In this document: one piece after another, positions 1-10,674 of the stretch
Numbering within the stretch: the stretch's first letter is position 1
Layout of the letters: each line of letters opens with the position of its first letter
Origin: an uncultured bacterium
Lineage (GTDB): Bacteria > Chloroflexota > UBA5177 > JANWHV01
DNA length: 64,000 bases
Direction: 5' to 3'
NCBI GenBank assembly: GCA_963827235.1
Contig: CAWHAE010000008.1
Location: forward strand, 288,001 to 352,000
Notes under the pieces: generated by a model
The model's database searches: none
What the model was told of the DNA's origin: nothing
The model's input: only the letters and a program-made list of their open reading frames with translations
Made by a program: the position numbers and the translations under genes

Positions 1-1
1 G

Positions 2-880
<879 letters not shown>

Positions 881-1101
881 GCGCATTGCCCGGCGCCAAG
901 CAGGGCGAACCCACCTCAAAACTTCTGTTCAGTACGTGACAAACTGGGGCGCCCCAGTGCATACTAGGAAGCGCTGGCACGGGGCAAGACCCGCCGACGT
1001 ACGGTTGGCGATGGCGGGAACCTGTGTGGCGCGCGAGCCTGCGCGCACGGTGATGCAGGCCGCGGTAGATTTCTGTTCTAGGTGGAAGAAGGTAAGCCAT
1101 C

Positions 1102-2109
1102 GTGCAAGGTTCCCGCGTTTTCCTTGGCGTCGACGGAGGTTCATCGGGTACCCGAGCGCTGATCGTCGACGACCTGGGTAGAGCCCTGGGCCTTGGTTTC
1201 GGTGGCAACGCAAATCATGCCTCGATCGGCTACGACACGGCAGCGTCACACGTCATGGAGGCGGCCGAGCAGGCCGCAAGCACGGCAGGAATCGACCTCT
1301 GGAAGGTGGAGCGTGCCCACCTTGCTGTGGCCGGGGATGACGTTGAGGATGACCATTACAGTCTCACCGCCGAGCTGAAGGCGTGCTTGGGTGACGTCCC
1401 TTTCGATCTGACCAACGACGTGTGGGCCGGCCTGCGCGCCGGCTCGATCGACGGCTGCGGGATCGCGGTCAATTGCGGCAGCGGCGCGGGCGGAGTAGGC
1501 AAGAATGCCGCGGGAGCCGCTCTCATGATTCCCGATCTCGGGTATATCTTCGGCGACTCAGGCGGTGGCATGCAGATAGGCGTAGATGCTGTTCGCGCCG
1601 TGATCCGCGCCTGGGACGGTCGCGGCTGTCCTACCGCCCTCACAGAGGCCGTATTGGCGCTCGCCGGGCAACCGTCGACCGAGGCGCTCTACCTTGCGGT
1701 ATACCGGGGAGCCGTCGATCGATCTAGAATTCGCCAATGTACCCGTCTGGTATTTATGCTGGCCAGGCAGGGTGATGAGGTGGCAGTGGAGATCTTGCGA
1801 CGCATAGGCGATGAGTTCGGTGTGACCGCATGCGCGATCGCGCGCAGGCTCGGGATGGAGAGCGACGGCTTCGACTTCGTACTGGCCGGCGGCTCGATAC
1901 GCACGCTGAGCTCACCGCTCGTCGAAGCCGCGGTGCGGCGTCTCCGCTCGGTGGCCGCGGATTGTAGGCCCACGTTGCCGAAGCTGATGCCGGTAGCTGG
2001 TGCGGCACTGCTGGCAATGGAAGCCGCCGGCGTGCCTGTAGGGCTCGAGCTCTTCGACTCGCTGATCGACCAAGGACACGGCTGGCATCCCGAGGAGAAT
2101 TTCGACTAG
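1102..2109 (+). CDS. BadF/BadG/BcrA/BcrD-type (GlcNAc-kinase-like) sugar kinase
   Basis: ASKHA motifs LGVDGGSSGT, LTNDVWAGL, VNCGSGAGG, FGDSGGG, VLAGG. Confidence 0.85.
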   Translation: MQGSRVFLGVDGGSSGTRALIVDDLGRALGLGFGGNANHASIGYDTAASHVMEAAEQAASTAGIDLWKVERAHLAVAGDDVEDDHYSLTAELKACLGDVPFDLTNDVWAGLRAGSIDGCGIAVNCGSGAGGVGKNAAGAALMIPDLGYIFGDSGGGMQIGVDAVRAVIRAWDGRGCPTALTEAVLALAGQPSTEALYLAVYRGAVDRSRIRQCTRLVFMLARQGDEVAVEILRRIGDEFGVTACAIARRLGMESDGFDFVLAGGSIRTLSSPLVEAAVRRLRSVAADCRPTLPKLMPVAGAALLAMEAAGVPVGLELFDSLIDQGHGWHPEENFD

Positions 2110-2129
2110 CACGAGATGGAGCGGCACTG

Positions 2130-3401
2130 ATGAAGATAGGCGTCATTGGCGCCGGCAGCACTTACACGCCCGAGTTGATAGAGGGCCTGCTGCAGCGGCG
2201 CTCAGTTATCCCGACCACTGAGCTCGTACTGATGGATATCGACCCGTCGAAGCTCGAGATCGTAGGCAAGCTGGCAACGCGCATGGTAGAGCGGGAGGGG
2301 AGCCCTTTCAAGGTGCGCCTCACGACAGACCGGCTGGACGCCGTGCGCCACGCGCAGTTCGTTCTTACGCAGATTCGCGTGGGGCGACTGCAGGCGCGGG
2401 AAAAGGACGAGCTGATTCCGCGCAGTTACGGCTACGTGGGCCAGGAGACGACGGGGGCGGGCGGCTTCTTCAAGGCGTTGCGCACGATACCCGTGATCCT
2501 CTCCATCGCCCGCGAGATGGAGTCGCATGCTCCGGGCGCCTGGATGATCAACTTCACGAACCCGGCCGGCATTGTCACGGAGGCCGTGCTGACACATACG
2601 CACGTCCCGGTGATCGGGCTCTGCAATGGGCCGTTCGGCACCCTCAAGCGCATCTCGGAAGTGCTCGGAGCGCCGGAGCGCGAGCTCAGCATGCGGTTCT
2701 TCGGTCTCAATCACCTGAGCTTTGCCGCCGACATCTGCCATCTCGGCAAGAACGTGCACGCGGCAGTCGTCGAGGCCATGGCATCGAACGCGGATCCGAC
2801 CGACGCGGCCATCCTTCGCGGACTGGGTCTCATTCCGTCCAGCTACCTGCAGTACTTCTACAAGCGGCCGGAGAAGGTCGCCGAGCAGCAGGCCGAGAGC
2901 CAGAGCCGGGCCCAACGGGTAATGGACATAGAGCGGGAGCTGCTGTCCCTCTACGAGAAGCCCGAGCTGGCCGAAAAGCCCAAGGTGCTCGAGCAACGCG
3001 GCGGTGCCTGGTATAGTACTGTAGCCACGAGGCTGATGGAGTCCATCGTCTCCAATAGAGGCGACGTGCACATCGTGAACACGCGTAACCGGGGATCCAT
3101 AGTAGACCTGCCGTTCGACTGCGCGGTAGAGGTTGCAGCCTCGGTGGACGGGCGAGGACCGACGCCGTTGGCGCAGGGCAGCTTGCCGGTGAAAGTTCGC
3201 GGACTGGTCCAGCAGGTCAAGGCCTACGAGCAGCTTACCGTCCAGGCCGCTGTGAGCGGTGACCGCGAGACCGCCATCTGGGCGCTTACCAACAACCCTC
3301 TGGTCGGATCCTACACGGCCGCCTCTACGCTGGTCGACGCGCTCATGGAGGCGCATCGCGAGTATCTCCCGGCATTCTTCCCTGGTGGCTCCGCCCGTTG
3401 A
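2130..3401 (+). CDS. Glycoside hydrolase family 4, 6-phospho-beta-glucosidase type
   Basis: KIGVIGAGSTYTPELIEG, QIRVG, GQETTGAGG, INFTNPAG, GLCN, GLNHL, RGGAWYS. Confidence 0.92.
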   Translation: MKIGVIGAGSTYTPELIEGLLQRRSVIPTTELVLMDIDPSKLEIVGKLATRMVEREGSPFKVRLTTDRLDAVRHAQFVLTQIRVGRLQAREKDELIPRSYGYVGQETTGAGGFFKALRTIPVILSIAREMESHAPGAWMINFTNPAGIVTEAVLTHTHVPVIGLCNGPFGTLKRISEVLGAPERELSMRFFGLNHLSFAADICHLGKNVHAAVVEAMASNADPTDAAILRGLGLIPSSYLQYFYKRPEKVAEQQAESQSRAQRVMDIERELLSLYEKPELAEKPKVLEQRGGAWYSTVATRLMESIVSNRGDVHIVNTRNRGSIVDLPFDCAVEVAASVDGRGPTPLAQGSLPVKVRGLVQQVKAYEQLTVQAAVSGDRETAIWALTNNPLVGSYTAASTLVDALMEAHREYLPAFFPGGSAR

Positions 3402-3536
3402 CGGCGCAACCTCTGATGCCCGGCGGTGCGCGACCACAGTCGACGAGCTGCCGGGTGTCGCGAGAGCATGCCTGGCAGGGAAGGCCGGCAGCAGCATTGA
3501 CTCGGATTCAGCGTCGAGTCTGATCAAGGAGCGAAC

Positions 3537-4346
3537 GTGGAAATCATTATCGCACCCGACAAGTACAAGGCAGCCTTGCTCACGGCGCGCATCATCGCCA
3601 CGGAGCTGCGGGCAAAGCCGAGTCTCGTGCTCGGTCTGGCCACGGGGCGGACTATGGAGAGGGTCTACCAGTACATGGCAGACATGCATCATCTCGAAGG
3701 TCTGGATTTCTCGGGGTGCCGTACCTTCAATCTCGACGAGTACGTCGGCATCCCCGCCGAGCATCCGGGCTCTTACCGGCGCTATATGAACGAGCGTCTT
3801 TTCGATAAGGTCAACATCGACCCCGCCAATACCCATCTTCCCGACGGCATGGCGGCCGACCTGAAGGGGGAGTGCCGCCACTATGAATCGCTGGTGAAGG
3901 AGGCGGGAGGCGTCGACCTTCAGCTCCTGGGCATAGGGCGTGACGGCCATATCGGCTTCAACGAGCCGTTGTCGGCGCTGCGGTCCCGCACGCGTGAGAA
4001 GGCTTTGACACCGGTCACCGTTCGGCAGAACTCGGCCATGTTCGGCGGTCCGGACAACATGCCGCGCCGCGCGATCACCATGGGCGTAGGCACGATTCTG
4101 GACTCGAGGCGCTGCATTCTCCTGGTGACCGGGGACTCCAAGGCTGCGGTGGTGGCGAAGGCCCTCGAGGGACCGATATCGTCCATGGTCACCGCGTCGG
4201 CACTGCAACTCCATCCTAACTGCCAGGTCGTGGTGGACGAGGAGGCGGCCACCGACCTGCAAGGTCGCGACTACTATCACTGGATCTTCGCCAACGAGCC
4301 GGAATGGGCTGAGTATCGGGATCTGGACGCTTTAGAGCCTCGCTAG
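3537..4346 (+). CDS. nagB: Glucosamine-6-phosphate deaminase
   Basis: VLGLATGRT, FNLDEYVG, LQLLGIGRDGHIGFNEP, ITMGVGTI, ASALQLHP. Confidence 0.93.
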   Translation: MEIIIAPDKYKAALLTARIIATELRAKPSLVLGLATGRTMERVYQYMADMHHLEGLDFSGCRTFNLDEYVGIPAEHPGSYRRYMNERLFDKVNIDPANTHLPDGMAADLKGECRHYESLVKEAGGVDLQLLGIGRDGHIGFNEPLSALRSRTREKALTPVTVRQNSAMFGGPDNMPRRAITMGVGTILDSRRCILLVTGDSKAAVVAKALEGPISSMVTASALQLHPNCQVVVDEEAATDLQGRDYYHWIFANEPEWAEYRDLDALEPR

Positions 4347-4365
4347 AAGTCGAGGAGGAGAGATC

Positions 4366-5481
4366 ATGAAGGTTCCTTTCTACGGTCACACGCGCCAGTA
4401 CCACGCCATCAAGGTGGAGATCGATGCCAACGTGGCCCGGGTGCTGGAGAGCGGGCAGTATGTCATGGGCCCAATGCTCAAGCAGTTTGAGGCCGAGTTC
4501 GCGGCGTACACCGGCAAGAAGTACGCCGTCGGCGTGGGCAACGGCACCGACGCCCTCTGGCTGACGATGATGTCCCTGGGGTTGCAGCCCGGCGACGAGG
4601 TGATCACCAACGCAAACACGTTCTTCGCTACCGCTGAGGCGATCTGGATCGCCGGCGCTACCGCCGTACTGGTCGACTGCGACGACTCCACGCGCTGCAT
4701 CGATCCCGCCAGGGTGGAAGCCGCGATCACGCCCAGGACCAAGGGAATCATCCCCGTCCATCTCTACGGTCAGTGCGCGCCCATGCGGGCAATCAAGGAC
4801 ATCGCCGACCGGCACGGACTGTGGGTCGTCGAGGACAACGCCCAGGCTATCGATGCGCGCGGCGACGATTTCAGGATCGGCGAGCTGTCCGAAGCAGTGT
4901 GCACGAGCTTCATCATCCAGAAGAACCTTGGCACGTTCGGCGACGGCGGCGCGGTGTACACCGACAATCCCAACATCGACGCTACGGTCCGCAAGCTGCG
5001 CAATCACGGCTCGGGCCTTCGCGACCACCACAGCCCGGGCTTCAACAGTCGCCTGGACGACCTGCACGCGGGCTTCCTGAGCGCCAAGCTCAAGCACATT
5101 GGTGAATGGTCGGACCAGCGCCGCGCATTGGCGGCTCGTTACGATAGCGGCCTCAAGGACGTCGATTTCATTACTCTGCCGTACGCGCGACCCGGATACC
5201 GTCATGTTTACCACCTGTACGTGATCGAGACGAGAGACCCCTCTCAGCGCGATCCGCTCCTCGCCTTCCTCAACGAGCATGGCGTCGACGCCAAGACCCA
5301 CTACTCGATCGCCATTCACAAGCAGGATGGCTATCCCTGGGGAAAGGGCGCCGTCATCTCCGGCTCTCTGGCCCGCGCGGAGAAGAATGCTGCATCGTGT
5401 ATCTCACTGCCCATGTTCCCCGAGCTGACGTCCGAGGAGATCGATTACGTCATCGCCACGATCAAGTCCTGGAAGCGCTGA
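4366..5481 (+). CDS. DegT/DnrJ/EryC1/StrS PLP-dependent sugar aminotransferase
   Basis: GNGTDAL, NTFFATAEAI, IIPVHLYGQ, VEDNAQA, SFIIQKNLGTFGDGG, NSRLDDL, LPMFPEL; RBS GAGGAGG. Confidence 0.92.
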   Translation: MKVPFYGHTRQYHAIKVEIDANVARVLESGQYVMGPMLKQFEAEFAAYTGKKYAVGVGNGTDALWLTMMSLGLQPGDEVITNANTFFATAEAIWIAGATAVLVDCDDSTRCIDPARVEAAITPRTKGIIPVHLYGQCAPMRAIKDIADRHGLWVVEDNAQAIDARGDDFRIGELSEAVCTSFIIQKNLGTFGDGGAVYTDNPNIDATVRKLRNHGSGLRDHHSPGFNSRLDDLHAGFLSAKLKHIGEWSDQRRALAARYDSGLKDVDFITLPYARPGYRHVYHLYVIETRDPSQRDPLLAFLNEHGVDAKTHYSIAIHKQDGYPWGKGAVISGSLARAEKNAASCISLPMFPELTSEEIDYVIATIKSWKR

Positions 5482-5509
5482 GCCGCCGAATTGTAGCCAG
5501 GAGCACGCT

Positions 5510-6574
5510 ATGAGCACGTACAGGGTCCTGGTAGTGGGTATGGGCAAGCGTGGCAAGAACCACGCGGCGCACTTCCATGCCAATCCGCGCTTCAAAGTGG
5601 TGGGGATTTGTGACGTCGATCCGGCCAAGCTCGATGGTCTGGCGGCCGGACTCGACAATCCTGCGACCGGCGACAACGCCGCGGAGATGGCCGCCGCGCT
5701 CGAGCCGGATGTGTTCTGCTTCTGCACGCTTCCGCATATCCGGTCCGAGATGGTCAAGATCGGCGTGGAGTGCGGGGCGAAGCTGATTGCATTCGAGAAG
5801 CCGGTTGCTCTCACCTCGCAGGAAGGCCAGAAGGTGAAGGCACTTCTTGCCGGCAGCCCGGCGAAGGTAGTCGTGAGCCATCAACATCGCTACGGCCCGC
5901 ATTATCGCGCCGTGAAGGAGACCGTGGCCGGCGGAAAGATCGGCAGCGTGCATACCGTCTACGGCATTTCCCAGGGGTGGGCGGCCCACATGCTGTCGCA
6001 TCTGATCGACTACACTATGTGGTTCAACAACTACGCGGCGCCCGCATGGGTGCTGGCGCAGGCGGCGGGTGGCCACAAGTTCTCCGACATGCACGCCTCG
6101 CCCGACTACATCGCGGGCTTCGTGCAGTATGCGAATGGGGTGCGCGGCATTTACGAGTGCGGCGGCGGCGCGCCGGACGTGCCCGAGGTTGAACGGTGGT
6201 GGAGCAAGTGCAGGATGGGCGCCTCCGGCCCGGGCGGGTTTGCCGAGGTCTATACCGGCAACGGCTGGAAGGCCGTCACGCAACACGGCGTCCTGCAGGG
6301 AGAAGGCTCCATGGCCTACGACCAGGATATGCCGGGGTACATTCAGGACATGGCCGCCTGGCTCGACGACGGCATCGTACACCCATGCTGCCTCGAGCAC
6401 GCGTACGCCGGCTTCGAGGCGATGATGGCCATGTACAGGAGCGCTGCTCGAGGCGGGCAGATCGCGCTGCCGCTCGCGGACTCAGCTGACGAGCTTGCCG
6501 AACTGAAGAATTCAGTTCCGGCCACGCCGCTCCTCGTCACGCTGGAGGCGTCAAGGAAGGAATTCGGCCTCTGA
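5510..6574 (+). CDS. Gfo/Idh/MocA family NAD(P)-dependent oxidoreductase
   Basis: VVGMGKRG Rossmann start, FEKPVA, SHQHRY, SHLID. Confidence 0.88.
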   Translation: MSTYRVLVVGMGKRGKNHAAHFHANPRFKVVGICDVDPAKLDGLAAGLDNPATGDNAAEMAAALEPDVFCFCTLPHIRSEMVKIGVECGAKLIAFEKPVALTSQEGQKVKALLAGSPAKVVVSHQHRYGPHYRAVKETVAGGKIGSVHTVYGISQGWAAHMLSHLIDYTMWFNNYAAPAWVLAQAAGGHKFSDMHASPDYIAGFVQYANGVRGIYECGGGAPDVPEVERWWSKCRMGASGPGGFAEVYTGNGWKAVTQHGVLQGEGSMAYDQDMPGYIQDMAAWLDDGIVHPCCLEHAYAGFEAMMAMYRSAARGGQIALPLADSADELAELKNSVPATPLLVTLEASRKEFGL

Positions 6575-6679
6575 GGAGGGCGGAAGCCGCAGCAGGCTTG
6601 TGTGACTGCCGCTCGCTACGCACGACGGCTATCTCACACGCCTGCCGCGGTATTCGCATTGCCACGCAGGGCGCTCTAC

Positions 6680-8530
6680 TCATGCCGGCGCGGCGGCCAA
6701 TACCTCGGCCATGGGTGGGCGCTCGTAGTCCTCGACACGCCGTACCTCGAGGTGGAACTGGTCGCGCGTGTGCACGATCGTCTTCATCGAGCGATTCAGC
6801 TCGGACACGAGCTCGATCTGATGCTGGCGCTCGAGGCGGCCAATCATGGTCTGCAGTATGGTGAACGACATGCGGCTCAGAGCGGCGAGAGACTGGTTGC
6901 GGTGGACACGCTGTTCGAGGTCCACTTGAGCGATCGTGTTGATACCGAAGCGCTCCGCGATATCGATCAGCAAGGCAATCTCGACGCCGTATCCGGTGGC
7001 AAAAGGCAGCTGCATCAACAGATCTCTCCGTCCCGCGTATTCGCCGGATAGCGGCTGGATGAGACCAGAGAGCACAGGGTAGAACAAGTTGATCAGCGGC
7101 CGCGCCGTCAGCTCGGTCACCCGGCCGCCGCTCGACTCATGCAGCACGTCACCTTGCCTGAGCGGCCGGCGGTAGAAGCCCTTCACGTAGCCGATTCGTG
7201 GCTCCCTCAACAATGGACCGAGTAAACCGTAGACGAACTTCGGGTGGATGTTCGCGATATCCGTATCGATCCAGGCGATGATGTCACCGGTGGCCAGGCT
7301 CAGGCTCTTCCACAGCGCCTCGCCTTTGCCGGAGTAGGATCCGCATTCGGGAAGCACCTCCTGATGCACGTAGACCGTGACGCCGAGCGACCGCGCGATC
7401 GAGGCTGTGCGATCCTCCGACTGGCTATCGATCACCAGCATGTCGTCGATGAGCGGCTGCCTACGCTGCAGATTCTCCTGCATGCATTCGATGATGCTGC
7501 CTATCGTCTGCTCCTCGTTGAGGGTCGGCAGCACCAAGCTGATCGTGAGGTGCTGCTGCTCCTTCATCCTGACGAGCTCGGACAGCGAGGCAAACTCCTT
7601 GCTGTGAAAAGTGTTCTCGGCAAACCACTTATCGACCACCAGCGAGATGCTCTCGGCGGCGCCTGGCTGCGCGGCTTCCTCCGCCACCTTGGCGGGTCCG
7701 TACTCGGCGATTGGCATCTGCCGTTCGGTCTTCGTGATCAGGATCGGGCACTCCACCCGTCTGGCCATCTCCTCGGCGAGGTAGCCATAAGGATAGGGAA
7801 AGGAACGGCTCGTCGCGGCAGCGCCCATTACAATCAGGTCGTGGCCGGCGGCCTCCCGGACCAGACAGTTCAGGAGCTCGGCGGCAATCACGGACCGGGC
7901 GTGGGCGACGCCCGGATACAGAGCCTCCCAGTACTCGCGAAAGGCTCGGTCTTCAGCCTGGGCCTCGGCGACGGGGAGGTAGGCAGGGATTACTCGTAGC
8001 AGGGTGATCGAGGCGCCCCATACCTTCGCCAGGCTGATGCCGAGCGAGGCGGCGAGATCCGCGTGTGTACCGCCCCGCACGGGCAACAGTACTCGCCGGG
8101 GCGTGGCCCGGGGATCGAACGGCTTGACAGCCAGCATATCGCACGGCGGCTGCTGCGTGAGCCGCCACATCGCCGACTCCGCCACGTTGACGTAGGGTGG
8201 AGACGGCGCCCAACCTACCACGAGCAGGCTCGCATCCGTCTCCATCACGACATCAGCAAGCGCTTCGTCGATAGTGTGTCCGGCGCGGACGATCGTCTCG
8301 GCCGGAACGCCTTCTTCTTCGGCGGCCTGCGCGGCGCGTCGGAGAAGCCGGCGCTGGGCGCGCGCTTCTTTCGCGCCATGACTAAGCGAGTGGCCCGGGG
8401 CGACGAGCACGACGCTGACTACGACCAGACGAGCTGCCCTCGAACGGGCCAGCTCCGCGCCAAGCCGCACCAGATGTTCGGCTGTACGAGGGTTTGCCAC
8501 GCCCACCAATACCGTATTTGATTCGGTCAC
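6680..8530 (-). CDS. gpgS: Glucosyl-3-phosphoglycerate synthase with two N-terminal universal stress protein domains
   Basis: C-terminal GT-A: SLVLPTLNEE, GKGEALWKSL, WIDTDI, YVKGFYRRP, GGRVTELTARP, QPLSGEYA, GYGVE; USP-like VLVGVANP...LLVVGW and VLLPVRGG...LIVMGA. Start taken as GTG 8530 after GAGG. Confidence 0.88.
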   Translation of the reverse strand: MTESNTVLVGVANPRTAEHLVRLGAELARSRAARLVVVSVVLVAPGHSLSHGAKEARAQRRLLRRAAQAAEEEGVPAETIVRAGHTIDEALADVVMETDASLLVVGWAPSPPYVNVAESAMWRLTQQPPCDMLAVKPFDPRATPRRVLLPVRGGTHADLAASLGISLAKVWGASITLLRVIPAYLPVAEAQAEDRAFREYWEALYPGVAHARSVIAAELLNCLVREAAGHDLIVMGAAATSRSFPYPYGYLAEEMARRVECPILITKTERQMPIAEYGPAKVAEEAAQPGAAESISLVVDKWFAENTFHSKEFASLSELVRMKEQQHLTISLVLPTLNEEQTIGSIIECMQENLQRRQPLIDDMLVIDSQSEDRTASIARSLGVTVYVHQEVLPECGSYSGKGEALWKSLSLATGDIIAWIDTDIANIHPKFVYGLLGPLLREPRIGYVKGFYRRPLRQGDVLHESSGGRVTELTARPLINLFYPVLSGLIQPLSGEYAGRRDLLMQLPFATGYGVEIALLIDIAERFGINTIAQVDLEQRVHRNQSLAALSRMSFTILQTMIGRLERQHQIELVSELNRSMKTIVHTRDQFHLEVRRVEDYERPPMAEVLAAAPA

Positions 8531-8789
8531 GTGACCTCGCGAATTCAGTTGTGGTGTGGAGTCTCGCAGTTGCTCCCGACGCCTGGCGTTCCGCAGATCG
8601 GCCGCCATCTCCCTACGGAGCCTTTGCAGGATCCCGCCGGTCGAACGGTCCGAATTGCTGCCGTCGCTCTTCTACCGTACGGGATGGCCCGGCATCCGTC
8701 CAGATCCGCCGCTGCGGGCTCGCAGCCGCTTCTCCATTGAGGCGCCCGAGTGCTAGAATAGCCGTGCTATACCAGTGGAGGGGTTGCGT

Positions 8790-9539
8790 ATGTCTGGGCA
8801 TTCCAAATGGTCGCAGATCAAGCGACAGAAGGGCACTAACGACGCGAGGCGCGGACAGTTGTTCACTCGCCTGGGACGGGAGATTCAGATAGCTGCGCGC
8901 GAAGGTGGCGGGGACCCGGACGCTAACTTCAGGCTTCGTCTGGCGGTTCAGCGAGCGCGCGAAAGCAACATGCCGCTAGAGAACGTCGAACGCGCCATCA
9001 AGCGAGGTGTAGGCGGCGGGGAATCGGGTAGTCTGGACGAGATCACTTACGAGGGTTACGGTCCAGGCGGCGCTGCAGTTCTCGTCCAGGTCATGACCGA
9101 CAATCGCAACAGGACGGTCGGCGAAGTTCGAAATGTTCTGAGCAAGTGCGGGGGAAGCCTCGGCGAGACCGGCTCCGTTGCGTGGCAGTTTCAGGATCGT
9201 GGCGTGATCTCAGTGACGCTACACGACGGCAACACGGAGGACCTGGAGCTGGCGGCGATCGACGCCGGTGCAATCGACGTGACTATCGACGGTGACACTC
9301 TGGAGGTCCTGACCGAGCCGGACACGCTCGAGGCCGTCCGGCTCGCCCTGCAGTCGCAGAAGGCCGACATCACCAACGCAGAGCGGAGTCTGGTGGCGAG
9401 CACGACGATCGCTCTCGACAGCAAGCACGCTGCGCAAATGCTCAGACTGGTCGATCGGCTCGAGGAGCTGGACGACGTGCAGAAGGTGTACAGTAACGTC
9501 GAAATATCCGATGAGGACCTGGAGGCGTACGAAGGCTGA
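8790..9539 (+). CDS. yebC: YebC/PmpR family protein
   Basis: MSGHSKWSQIKRQK, YEGYGPGG, TDNRNRT, DDVQKVYSN; RBS GGAGG. Confidence 0.95.
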   Translation: MSGHSKWSQIKRQKGTNDARRGQLFTRLGREIQIAAREGGGDPDANFRLRLAVQRARESNMPLENVERAIKRGVGGGESGSLDEITYEGYGPGGAAVLVQVMTDNRNRTVGEVRNVLSKCGGSLGETGSVAWQFQDRGVISVTLHDGNTEDLELAAIDAGAIDVTIDGDTLEVLTEPDTLEAVRLALQSQKADITNAERSLVASTTIALDSKHAAQMLRLVDRLEELDDVQKVYSNVEISDEDLEAYEG

Positions 9540-9563
9540 GCGGCGGCTTTGTAAGTCCCGCCG

Positions 9564-10085
9564 GTGACGGGCGTGACTCGCACCCTTGGCATCGATCCCG
9601 GCACCGCCATAATGGGGTATGGCGTGGTCGAATCGCCCGGGAAGGGCGGCGTGCTGCGTGCTGTTGACTATGGCGTGCTCACGACAAGCAGCTCGGACTC
9701 CCTGGCGATACGTCTGCAAGCCCTGTACATGAGGCTTGGTGACCTGTTCGCGACGCACGCACCGGCAGCTCTGGCCGTCGAGTCGCTGTTCTTCAATGTC
9801 AACGTTCGAACGGCGCTCGCCGTGGGGCACGCGCGCGGAATCGTTCTGTTGGCGGCGGCCGAAGCGGGCGTCGATGTGTTCGAGTACTCCCCTCAGCAGG
9901 TGAAGGGGGCCGTGGTGGGCTACGGCAAGGCGTCCAAAGAACAGGTGCAGGTGATGGTAAAGACTCTCCTGGCGCTGCAGACGATCCCGCGTCCAGACGA
10001 CGCCGCTGATGCATTGGCTGTTGCCATCTGTCACGTGCATAGCGCTCGCATGTCTTCCCTGACGGTCGGGCCGGCCGACCGATGA
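9564..10085 (+). CDS. ruvC: Holliday junction resolvase
   Basis: [49 protein letters not shown]. Confidence 0.95.
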   Translation: MTGVTRTLGIDPGTAIMGYGVVESPGKGGVLRAVDYGVLTTSSSDSLAIRLQALYMRLGDLFATHAPAALAVESLFFNVNVRTALAVGHARGIVLLAAAEAGVDVFEYSPQQVKGAVVGYGKASKEQVQVMVKTLLALQTIPRPDDAADALAVAICHVHSARMSSLTVGPADR

Positions 10086-10666
10086 TCGAATCGCTGCGAG
10101 GCGTGGTCGAATTGTGCACGGGAGACGCCGCCATTCTGCGGTTGGGTGCCGTGAGCATTCGGCTTGGGATCACGGCGGAGACAGCACGCGGGCTCAGACC
10201 CGGCGGGACCGTGGAGCTGTTCACTCACCTATTCTTCCGTGAGGATGTAGTGGCGCTCTACGGCTTCTCTTCGCGTGAGGAGCGCGCGATGTTCGAGGAG
10301 CTGCTCGGCGTTACCGGCGTAGGGCCCCGCGTGGCCCTGGGCTTCCTCTCGGCATTCACGCCCAGTGGACTGCGCGAAGCTATCGACGGCGAGGACGTTG
10401 TCCGGTTGACACGCGTGCCGGGGGTTGGGAGGAAAACGGCGCAGCGAGTCGTGCTTGAGCTCAGGGGCAAGCTGGTGGCCGCTGCTCCCGCGGGACCGAC
10501 CAGCCAGCTTTCGCCTCGCGACCAGGAGCTGATTCAGGTGCTGGCCGGCCTGGGGTACACTTCGACAGAGGCGGGTGAGGCAGTGCGGCACAGCAATGAC
10601 GTGGCCGCCGAGGGTACCGATGAAGATAGACTCCGAGCTGCCCTCAGTTACTTCGCTGCCTACTGA
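10082..10666 (+). CDS. ruvA: Holliday junction branch migration protein
   Basis: [37 protein letters not shown]; ATGA overlap with ruvC. Confidence 0.95.
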   Translation: MIESLRGVVELCTGDAAILRLGAVSIRLGITAETARGLRPGGTVELFTHLFFREDVVALYGFSSREERAMFEELLGVTGVGPRVALGFLSAFTPSGLREAIDGEDVVRLTRVPGVGRKTAQRVVLELRGKLVAAAPAGPTSQLSPRDQELIQVLAGLGYTSTEAGEAVRHSNDVAAEGTDEDRLRAALSYFAAY

Positions 10667-10674
10667 GCTGCACG

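Noticed and set aside
2202-4280. Long antisense ORFs (also 4216-5319, 13766-15550, 44056-45264, 47335-48636, 57579-59141 and others)
   Set aside because: Shadow frames of clearly identified genes in high-GC DNA; no motifs of their own.
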